Below the pieces are notes generated by a model. It did not search any database. It was not told the DNA's origin and worked only from the letters and a program-made list of their open reading frames with translations. Of a stretch of DNA of 50,439 nucleotides, positions 35,984 to 43,593 are shown piece after piece. The position numbers were made by a program, and so were the translations under genes. The DNA lies in assembly GCA_038064495.1 (NCBI GenBank), contig JBBTSZ010000008.1, positions 1 to 50,439 on the forward strand, given 5' to 3'. How positions within the stretch are numbered: position 1 is the stretch's first letter; every line of letters starts with the position of its first letter. Origin of the DNA: Patescibacteria group bacterium. GTDB lineage: Bacteria > Patescibacteriota > Minisyncoccia > Phycocordibacterales > Phycocordibacteraceae.

Positions 35984-36203
35984 GATTGCAGAATAGGAAC
36001 GGGTGCAGCCCTTTTCAGGATCTCGTACTCATGAGAAAACCACACCCGGACAATAACTTTTCAACCCGGTCAGGCGCACCCGCAAAGGGCAAGGCGTATG
36101 AAAAGTCTTTAGGTAGGGTTACCCCATCCTCAGGTGCGTATCCCACCTGTTCGTCGACCCAGTGCGGGTAACTGAAACGTCTACGAAGCACTATACAGAG
36201 GTT

Positions 36204-36248
36204 TTAGGCTTTTTCAACTCGCTCCACGTATTCGCCAGTCTCGGTGTT
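36204..36248 (-). repeat. displaced duplicate of the efp 3' end (last 14 codons plus stop)
   Basis: 45 nt matching 36890-36934 with 2 differences. Both are silent in the efp frame: GCC versus GCG (Ala), and TAA versus TAG (stop). Confidence 0.85.
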
Positions 36249-36346
36249 AAGGAGAAAAACTGAACTCGTGTATTTACGTCTAAAATAACTTATGTTATAA
36301 AAGTTCGGGTGTGTAGAATGACTCTGCACGAAAAAGGAGAAAATAG

Positions 36347-36826
36347 ATGACACGTTTTGGATTCATTGCTCTTGTGGCATTCGGAGTTCTTGTTGCGTGT
36401 ACTCAGCAAAAAAAGGTTGCTGAAAATGATGCGGCTCAAATTGCTGCGAAGTGCGTAGGGTGGCCGACCTCAATCGTGCAAACCAGCGCACCCTTGCAAA
36501 GGACACCTCGTGCTGAGCAGGCGCCTTATTTCAATTTCACCAATTCGGCGTCAGTCACCGTTTCGGTAAATGGAAAGTGCGGTCCCCTCGCACAGACTCA
36601 CTTCATGTCCCTGACTCCTCTTCATTCTCTTCCGCCACACGCAATCACAGTTGTCGGAGACTACACTGAGGGTAGCCCCGTCTACATCCTTTTCCTTATG
36701 GCAGAAGATAAGAAGGGGAACCGTGATTTTATCGGGATGAAGGGCGTTATTGGTGTGAATCTCAAGATGCCCACCCAAGAGCAGGGTCGCGAAACGGTTC
36801 CGACTGACTCAGTACCGACCACGTGA
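36347..36826 (+). CDS. hypothetical lipoprotein
   Basis: MTRFGFIALVAFGVLVAC: signal peptide with lipobox LVAC. RBS aaaggag. No recognisable domain. Lies between the two efp 3'-end copies. Confidence 0.65.
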   Translation: MTRFGFIALVAFGVLVACTQQKKVAENDAAQIAAKCVGWPTSIVQTSAPLQRTPRAEQAPYFNFTNSASVTVSVNGKCGPLAQTHFMSLTPLHSLPPHAITVVGDYTEGSPVYILFLMAEDKKGNRDFIGMKGVIGVNLKMPTQEQGRETVPTDSVPTT

Positions 36827-36837
36827 GGGAATTATCA

Positions 36838-36876
36838 AATGGGCGACTCTGTAAGGAGTCGCCCATTGCTCATTTT
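36838..36876. terminator. bidirectional terminator between the lipoprotein gene and efp
   Basis: aatgggcgactc tgtaag gagtcgcccatt, with T-rich sequence downstream on both strands. Confidence 0.75.
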
Positions 36877-36889
36877 GGTACCTCGTACA

Positions 36890-37465
36890 CTACGCTTTTT
36901 CAACTCGCTCCACGTATTCGCCAGTCTCGGTGTTGATGCGGAGCACATCATCAGGATTTATGAAAAGGGGCGTAAGCACCGTTGCGCCCGATTCAAGGGT
37001 GACGATTTTGTTCCCGCCGGTCGCCGTGTCACCCTTTACTGCAGGAGGGGCGTCAGTCACTTTGAGCTCTACCTTAATGGGAATATCAATTGTTACCGGA
37101 TTTTCGTTGTACAGCATCACCTCTACAGGCGCATTCTGAACGAGCCACTGCACTTTGTCGTGAACGGTATCTTCGGGGAAGGAGAATCGATTCTTCGGAT
37201 TACCCACCTCGTTAAACCAACTCTCACCTCGGTTTGTGTAGAGGTACACTCCCTGAATGCGAGAAATATCTGCCTCGGGTACGTTCTCGTTTTGATGAAA
37301 AGAGATTTCAAGCACTTTGCCGGATACCAGATGACGAAGTTTCGTCTGGTTCACGGGCTTTCTCTGCTGCATGCGGAAAACGTGCGAAGAGAGGACTTCG
37401 TACGGGTCACCATTGTAGACAATGACTTTTTTCTGAACGATTTCGTTATACGAGAGAATTGCCAC
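36890..37465 (-). CDS. efp: elongation factor P
   Basis: MAILSYNEIVQKKVIVYNGDPYEVLSSHVFRMQQRKPVNQTKLRHLVSGK..., KGDTATGGNK loop, three OB-like domains. Confidence 0.92.
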   Translation of the reverse strand: MAILSYNEIVQKKVIVYNGDPYEVLSSHVFRMQQRKPVNQTKLRHLVSGKVLEISFHQNENVPEADISRIQGVYLYTNRGESWFNEVGNPKNRFSFPEDTVHDKVQWLVQNAPVEVMLYNENPVTIDIPIKVELKVTDAPPAVKGDTATGGNKIVTLESGATVLTPLFINPDDVLRINTETGEYVERVEKA

Positions 37466-37602
37466 GTTAGATTTTGTTGTGAGTCAAGCGAATTAGAAAA
37501 TGTTACGTCCAGCACCTATTTCTTAAAAAGAAATAGGTGCTGGATTAACAAATTCATAGTTGGTTCCACTCCTTGAATTTCTAACGTATCATACAGTACA
37601 CC

Positions 37603-38172
37603 ATGCGCTTTTCAAGCACAGACTACGAGGGTGTTTCTGACGAGGAGGTCCTTCGGGAATCCCGAGTAAATCCCGACGTGTTTGCGGTCATTGTAGGCCG
37701 CTATGAGGATGCATTTCTACGGAAAGCCAAGTCCATTCTGTTTTCTCAGGAGGATGCTGAAGAGGTTGTGCAGGACACGTTCACCCGCATCTACGTCTAC
37801 GCGGATCGCTACAAGGCGCAGGAGGGAGCTTCATTTTCGTCCTGGGGCTACGCGATTCTGACCCGTCTTGCCTTCACGCGGTACAAGAAGCTCGCGAAGG
37901 GCAGGGCTCGCACGGCACCCCTTGAACCCGAGACCTTTGAGCGCCTTCCTGATTTGAGCGACTTTCGGGACGAACTGGTGGTTAAAGATGAAGTACTGGT
38001 CGCTCTGTCCCGTATTCCTGAGACTGCCCGAAAAGTCCTTTCCCTCCAGTTCCTTGAGGGGAAGACCCAGGAGGAAATAGCGCAGTCTGAGGGGTCTAGT
38101 GTGTCAGCCGTGAAGACCCGCGTACACCGAGCCAAGAAACTCTTTAAAGACGCTCTCGATAAAACTTCTTAA
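37603..38172 (+). CDS. ECF-type RNA polymerase sigma-70 family factor
   Basis: Region 2 (AEEVVQDTFTRIY, SFSSWGYAILTR) and region 4 HTH (QEEIAQSEGSSVSAVKTRVHRAKKLFK). Confidence 0.85.
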   Translation: MRFSSTDYEGVSDEEVLRESRVNPDVFAVIVGRYEDAFLRKAKSILFSQEDAEEVVQDTFTRIYVYADRYKAQEGASFSSWGYAILTRLAFTRYKKLAKGRARTAPLEPETFERLPDLSDFRDELVVKDEVLVALSRIPETARKVLSLQFLEGKTQEEIAQSEGSSVSAVKTRVHRAKKLFKDALDKTS

Positions 38173-38182
38173 TTACTATTCT

Positions 38183-38509
38183 ATGCAAACAACACACCTT
38201 TCTTCTGTCGTGATGCGTCGTGTTCATACGATTCATGCTATCCGACCCGTTTTTTCTATGACATCGGTTGCAGCGCTCGTGCTCATACTGTCGCTCTGGG
38301 CACTCGGTAGGGAAGTGTGGATTTCACAGGTGCTCACCAACTTCTCGGGAGTAGCAACGAGTCCGGCACATGTACTTGCTTTTCTTGAGAGTGCATTCGT
38401 GAACACGCGCTTCATCGTTCAAGCGCTCACGATTGTTGCTGGCGGTGCTCTCGTGTACACGCTGCGTGAAGTCACTCGACTCACGATGTTACGAACACGC
38501 TTCGCTTAA
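38183..38509 (+). CDS. hypothetical two-TM protein, possible anti-sigma partner
   Basis: 108-aa ORF 10 nt downstream of the sigma gene with two hydrophobic helices. The anti-sigma role is inferred from position only. Confidence 0.45.
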   Translation: MQTTHLSSVVMRRVHTIHAIRPVFSMTSVAALVLILSLWALGREVWISQVLTNFSGVATSPAHVLAFLESAFVNTRFIVQALTIVAGGALVYTLREVTRLTMLRTRFA

Positions 38510-38514
38510 GCATG

Positions 38515-38552
38515 TAGAAAAAAACAGCCGGCACTCTTGTGCCGGCTGTTTT
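38515..38552. terminator. bidirectional intrinsic terminator
   Basis: aaaaaaacagccggcac tctt gtgccggctgttttct, between convergent genes (38183-38509 and recA). Confidence 0.8.
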
Positions 38553-38560
38553 CTGTAACG

Positions 38561-39628
38561 CTAGATAGTCACGAGCTTTTCTTTAATTTGCTTCAGGATT
38601 TCGTTTGCAACAGTCTTGTTCTCACGGAGGTAGGTGCGTGTAGCGTCGTAGCCACGACCAAGGGAGACCTCACCATACTTGTAGCTTGAGCCACTCTTGG
38701 TCAGAATGTCGAACTTCTCACCGAGTGCGATGATTTCACCTTCACGACTAATTCCTTCGTTGTACATGAGGTCAAACTCCGTTGTTTTAAAAGGTGCAGC
38801 TACCTTGTTTTTCACCACCTTCACACGGACCCTTCCGCCGACAATTTCTTCACCTTTCTTTATTTGGGCGATGCGGCGAATGTCGAGGCGAACACTGGTG
38901 TAAAACTTCAGTGCCTTCCCACCGGTGGTGGTTTCTGGATTACCAAACATCACGCCAATTTGCATGCGAATTTGGTTGATAAAGATGATAATCGTATTTG
39001 ATTTGGAAGTGATGGCCGTCAGTTTTCGAAGTGCCTGGCTCATCAGACGTGCCTGCTTACCCATCTGGGCCGAGCCCATATCTCCTTCAATTTCATCTTT
39101 CGGGGTGAGAGCCGCAACGGAGTCCACGACAATCACGTCAATAGAGTTTGCGCGCACGAGTGACTCCACAATCTCAAGGGCTTGTTCGCCTGTATCTGGC
39201 TGCGAGATAAGAAGTTCAGTCAGCTTCACGCCAATCTTTCGAGCGTACTCAGGGTCAAGTGCATGTTCAGCATCCACGAATGCGCAGATACCACCTTTCT
39301 TTTGTGCTTCCGCAATCACATGGAGTGCGAGTGTTGTTTTACCAGAGGACTCCGGTCCAAAAATCTCAATGATGCGACCGCGGGGAAGTCCACCAATGCC
39401 AAGCGCGCTATCAAGTCCAATGGAGCCTGTTGAAATAGAAGGAATGGCAGCAACTTTGCCAGAGCCATACGTCATGATGGCTTCATCCCCGAATTTCGTT
39501 TTAATTTCTTTGAGTGCAAGCTCAATTGAGCGCATCTTTGAATCAGAATTTGAGACCTCACCCTCTCCAGCTTCCGGAGCGGGAGCAAGTGTTTTCGGAG
39601 TCTTCTTTGCAGCTTTCTTTACGGCCAT
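38561..39628 (-). CDS. recA: recombinase RecA
   Basis: [23 protein letters not shown] (Walker A), [12 protein letters not shown], and loop L2 [22 protein letters not shown]. Confidence 0.95.
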   Translation of the reverse strand: MAVKKAAKKTPKTLAPAPEAGEGEVSNSDSKMRSIELALKEIKTKFGDEAIMTYGSGKVAAIPSISTGSIGLDSALGIGGLPRGRIIEIFGPESSGKTTLALHVIAEAQKKGGICAFVDAEHALDPEYARKIGVKLTELLISQPDTGEQALEIVESLVRANSIDVIVVDSVAALTPKDEIEGDMGSAQMGKQARLMSQALRKLTAITSKSNTIIIFINQIRMQIGVMFGNPETTTGGKALKFYTSVRLDIRRIAQIKKGEEIVGGRVRVKVVKNKVAAPFKTTEFDLMYNEGISREGEIIALGEKFDILTKSGSSYKYGEVSLGRGYDATRTYLRENKTVANEILKQIKEKLVTI

Positions 39629-39636
39629 AGATACAT

Positions 39637-39966
39637 TTAAGGATTAGGGACAAATACGGAACGTCGAACCGTGGTCGTCTTTCCAAACCGGTCGGTTGCG
39701 GTTAGGGATAGTATAGCGCCCCCTGGGGCAACAACGATGCTCGTGGAAAAGTGCCCGGATTCATCAATCAGAAGGGGACCTCCATTGAGGGAGAGGCGCT
39801 CGCTATGCTTGGCAATGCCTGTAATTTCCACAAATCCGCCCGGGAATGACTGACCTTCGGTCGGTGTCTCAATAACAAGGTCAGGGCCTGCCAGAAGGGG
39901 AAAGGCCTTCCAGGCGCCGTACCCGAGGACAAGAATGAGTACAATAATAAGAAGAGCACGCGCCAT
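39637..39966 (-). CDS. hypothetical membrane-anchored Ig-like fold protein
   Basis: 109 aa with an N-terminal TM anchor and a beta-rich domain ([32 protein letters not shown]). Confidence 0.55.
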   Translation of the reverse strand: MARALLIIVLILVLGYGAWKAFPLLAGPDLVIETPTEGQSFPGGFVEITGIAKHSERLSLNGGPLLIDESGHFSTSIVVAPGGAILSLTATDRFGKTTTVRRSVFVPNP

Positions 39967-39969
39967 GGG

Positions 39970-42123
39970 CTAGAAGTCGTTACTACCTTCTTCGCTCGCT
40001 GCGCTCGCCTGCGCTCCGATGATTTCACGCGGGCGCGATCCATCAGCAGGACCGATCACCCCCTTTTGTTCAAGAATATCCATAAGCCTGGCGGCACGAG
40101 AGTATCCGATACGAAGTTTACGCTGGAGGTACGAGGTTGAGGCACGTCCGGCTTCTTCCACCGCAGCTTTCGCGTCTTCGTAGAGGTCGTCATCACCATC
40201 GTCACTACTGGCGTCAAAGTTCATACTACTCATACTCATAGCATCGTTTGGTTCGTGTCCGGTACCTTGTGCTCCGGCACCAAGGTCAAGCGCATCAAGG
40301 GAGCCGGCATTGTGTTTCTTAATGTATTCGGCAACCTTCTTCACTTCGTTTTCAGAAATGTAGGCGGTCTGGAGACGAACGGGCTTTTGCATGTCGGCAG
40401 AGAGGTACAGCATGTCTCCCGCACCAAGCAAGAGTTCTGCACCAGCTCCGTCAAGAATGGTGCGTGAATCTATTTGACTTGCAACCTGGAGCGCCATGCG
40501 GGTCGGCACGTTTGCTTTGATGAGTCCGGTAATGACATTAACCGAAGGGCGCTGTGTGGAAAGGATGAGGTGAATACCAACGGCGCGTGACATCTGCGCA
40601 AGACGCACGATAGCTGCCTCAAGCTCGCGCGGGTAGGTCTGCATAATATCTGCCAACTCATCAATAACGATCACAATATAGGGCATCGCCTCTGGCACAT
40701 TCGCGCCACCACGCTTCTTCGCAGGTTCAAAGACGGTCTGGTGGTAGGACTCTACATCGCGCACCTGACGTTCCTCGAGTATGCCGTACCTGCGGTCCAT
40801 TTCCTTTGCTGCCCACTTGAGTGCAAGGATGGACTTACGTGGGTCGGTGATGACAGGTGTGAGGAGATGCGGGATACCGTTATAGAGCGTGAGCTCCACA
40901 CGCTTCGGGTCCACCATGATAAAGCGCATTTGGTTTGGTCCATTTCGGTAGAGAAGGGAAGTGATAACGGCATGTATCGCAACTGACTTACCAGAACCGG
41001 TAGCACCCGCAATAAGACCGTGTGGCATCTTCGCGACGTTCACATAGTGAGGCGTGCCCGTAATATCGCGTCCAATAGCAGCGAGAAGTGGTTTCTTTGA
41101 GGTATTCCACTCGGGTGCACCAATCACACCACCAAGACCTACCGTGGCCTTTGAAGCATTTGGTACTTCAATACCGACTAGAGATTTTCCAGGAATAGGA
41201 GCCTCAATACGCACCGGGTGGGCGGCAAGCGCAAGTTCCAGGTTGTTTTGGAGCGAGACAATCTTATTAAGGCGCACGCCCTCAGCTGGCTTAATGGCAT
41301 AACGGGTGACGGTTGGGCCAACCGAGACCTCGTCCATTTCAACGGAAATACCAAAATTAAGAAAGGTTCTCTTAATAATGTTGGCGTTTGCCTTGATATC
41401 ACCTACACCCGGTTTCCCTTGGTCAAGTCCAAGTAAGGAAAGGGGAGGAGCATTGTATTCGGCACTAAAGTTGGGAATCATGGGCGCCCCTGTTGTCTCA
41501 CGTGGGCGGTCAAACATGGTGACGGTCGGCTCTTTTTCTACCGGAGCTTCTTCAGGAATTTGGGCTTCTTCAGGTACCTCAACGCTGTCGTCCGTACCCT
41601 CAGAGGACTTCTGTAGGGAAGGAAGACGTACCGAAGAAAGAGCTGAACCAGTCGTTTGAAGCATGGACTGAATTGCTTTAGCGAGCACTACCACGTCTGC
41701 AGCAATAATGAGACCCACGGCAGCGACAGCAATAAGTAGAATGACTGCACCCCAGAGACCGAAGTACGCAGTCGCAAGCCCTCCCGTAAACGAGCCCGCG
41801 ATACCGCCGAGAGCGGCTGACACAATGCCAAGGAAGGTGAGTGCTGCAAGCACGATGAGTGCGATACCAATAAGCGTAAGCGGAGAAAGAAAGGAACGCT
41901 GGAGTGCGAGACCCACACCCCCACCAATAAAGACGACAGGGAGGAGAAAGGAAGCAATACCCACTTCACCAAAGACAAATGAGAAGATGGCCGCACCCGC
42001 ATACCCCGCAAGATTAAAGACGGAGAGAAGGAGAATGAGACCAAAGGCAATACAAAGAATCGCGGCGGTCCACCGTGCGGCCGCCTTTGAATTTTCTACA
42101 TCACGCTTCTTCCGTTTCGCCAT
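39970..42123 (-). CDS. ftsK: DNA translocase FtsK/SpoIIIE
   Basis: N-terminal 4-5 TM helices, linker, motor domain with AGATGSGKSV Walker A and IVIVIDELADIM Walker B, and a C-terminal gamma wHTH domain (YLQRKLRIGYSRAARLMDILE). Confidence 0.93.
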   Translation of the reverse strand: MAKRKKRDVENSKAAARWTAAILCIAFGLILLLSVFNLAGYAGAAIFSFVFGEVGIASFLLPVVFIGGGVGLALQRSFLSPLTLIGIALIVLAALTFLGIVSAALGGIAGSFTGGLATAYFGLWGAVILLIAVAAVGLIIAADVVVLAKAIQSMLQTTGSALSSVRLPSLQKSSEGTDDSVEVPEEAQIPEEAPVEKEPTVTMFDRPRETTGAPMIPNFSAEYNAPPLSLLGLDQGKPGVGDIKANANIIKRTFLNFGISVEMDEVSVGPTVTRYAIKPAEGVRLNKIVSLQNNLELALAAHPVRIEAPIPGKSLVGIEVPNASKATVGLGGVIGAPEWNTSKKPLLAAIGRDITGTPHYVNVAKMPHGLIAGATGSGKSVAIHAVITSLLYRNGPNQMRFIMVDPKRVELTLYNGIPHLLTPVITDPRKSILALKWAAKEMDRRYGILEERQVRDVESYHQTVFEPAKKRGGANVPEAMPYIVIVIDELADIMQTYPRELEAAIVRLAQMSRAVGIHLILSTQRPSVNVITGLIKANVPTRMALQVASQIDSRTILDGAGAELLLGAGDMLYLSADMQKPVRLQTAYISENEVKKVAEYIKKHNAGSLDALDLGAGAQGTGHEPNDAMSMSSMNFDASSDDGDDDLYEDAKAAVEEAGRASTSYLQRKLRIGYSRAARLMDILEQKGVIGPADGSRPREIIGAQASAASEEGSNDF

Positions 42124-42241
42124 TGTTCGTACATTTTACCACTGTCTGTGTGGACAACAGAGTTTGAGTGAGACCGCTCTGAAAGACATTGACGCAGGAT
42201 GTGTAGGACATATACTTGGCTTTACAGAAAGGACAGAATCT

Positions 42242-43024
42242 ATGGCTCATAAAGGACAACCAAAGGACCTCAAGCCACTCAGAAATACTGAGTCCAATAC
42301 AAATTTAGATGCATTTGTTCTAGATAAAAGTATATTTTCAAACATATTTGAAAAAGACATACGAAGAGTCTATATCTATAAAAAATCGGAGCGACTCGCA
42401 AAAGCAATCCATTTGGTAGCGCCAGCGTTCCGTGAATCACCCGCGCTTCGTAACCGTATTCATGAAATTGCAATCGGTTTGATTGATGCCGCAGTTCTCC
42501 CGCCACTTTCAGCTCGCGAGTCTTTGTCTCGAGAACTACTTGCACTTTCTAGTGTGCTCTCAATCGCCCGAGCGAGTACACTTCTCTCGAGCATGAACGC
42601 TGACCTCATTGCTTCAGAAGCCCAGCTCTTACTTCATGAGATTGCTGCCTACGAAGAACCGCGCCTCTTTCTTGAAGATGCACCAACACTTGCGGCTCTC
42701 TTTAAGTCTGCACACACGAACCAACCCGATATGTCTACTCGCGCTCCTGAGAGCGGAGTTACCTCACACGAGCCGAGGACTTCACGAGTAGTTTCTAAAG
42801 GACAGATAAAGGACACTAGTATGCCAGCCAAGAAGACGGGCAGAAGTGAGGCAATCATAAGCGTCCTTACATCCAAGGGTCCTTCCTATATAAAGGATAT
42901 TTCCACTGTTATACGGGACGTGAGTGAAAAAACCATTCAGCGTGAATTATCGACACTTGTGGCCGAAGGGAGGGTAGAGAAGAAGGGAGAGCGACGCTGG
43001 ACGACGTACACTCTTGTTTCGTAG
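42242..43024 (+). CDS. hypothetical protein with a C-terminal winged-helix DNA-binding domain
   Basis: ATG at 42242. The 5' part of ORF-track entry 41708-43024 is antisense to ftsK. C-terminus KDISTVIRDVSEKTIQRELSTLVAEGRVEKKGERRWTTYTL is DeoR/MarR-like wHTH. Confidence 0.6.
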   Translation: MAHKGQPKDLKPLRNTESNTNLDAFVLDKSIFSNIFEKDIRRVYIYKKSERLAKAIHLVAPAFRESPALRNRIHEIAIGLIDAAVLPPLSARESLSRELLALSSVLSIARASTLLSSMNADLIASEAQLLLHEIAAYEEPRLFLEDAPTLAALFKSAHTNQPDMSTRAPESGVTSHEPRTSRVVSKGQIKDTSMPAKKTGRSEAIISVLTSKGPSYIKDISTVIRDVSEKTIQRELSTLVAEGRVEKKGERRWTTYTLVS

Positions 43025-43056
43025 TGGGGGAGAATATCCCGTACCCACTGGCTTTA

Positions 43057-43085
43057 TTGACACTCGTGTCTTCGGAGGCTATAGT
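43057..43085 (+). promoter_or_regulatory. consensus-like sigma-70 promoter
   Basis: TTGACA - 17 nt - TATAGT. Confidence 0.45.
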
Positions 43086-43593
43086 GCTCTCGTGGTAGCT
43101 GCGGGAGACAGAACACTTACATAGGCCGGAGACGGCCTTTTTCCTGTTCTGTACAAGCCCAGTTATCCACATTGGTTTTACAGGGCTTTTCGCCGTTACC
43201 TCGGTATACTGTCTCGTACAGCACGAGTGGGGCGAAATTCCTGAACGACCGATCATTGACAGGTTAATAGGGCTTGTACAAAATCTCCTCTGGCGTAAGA
43301 AACCAGTAGAAGTACCGTCATATTGCTTGACGGCTCAGACCAGGACAGGATTGTTCCGAGCATGAAAGACTTCAGAAACTCCGTACCGTTTGCCAACTAG
43401 CCGATGGGACGCAAGTCGATATAGCGCCCTGTTGGGTAGTGTGAAAAGGGAAGAACATGAACGTGTTTTGAACTTGAACTTACGGGTTCGGGTTCAGGCG
43501 CGCGATTACTAAACATGAATGGGAGTGTATGGAGAGGCACTATTTTATTACTCGCCCCTCTGTACGCCTCAGAAAAATAATTAATAAAAAGTT

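Noticed and set aside
36020-36200. Minus-strand GAAAAGUUAUUGUCCGGGUG, reminiscent of the RNase P RNA P4 motif GGAAAGUCCGGGC
   Set aside because: No matching 3' P4 strand (ACAGAACCCGGCUUA-like) or other conserved RNase P regions were found nearby. The spacing is wrong.
38925-39647. Long ORFs antisense to well-supported genes: 38925-39647 (recA), 41708-42241 (ftsK), 36839-37576 (efp), 21990-22601 (argS), 23627-24190 and 24368-24751 (ileS), 26990-27451 (recO), 33013-33450 (metG)
   Set aside because: Each lies opposite a gene with unambiguous conserved motifs. Their translations are low-complexity (Ser/Arg/Pro-rich), typical of antisense frames, and none has an RBS or a known domain.
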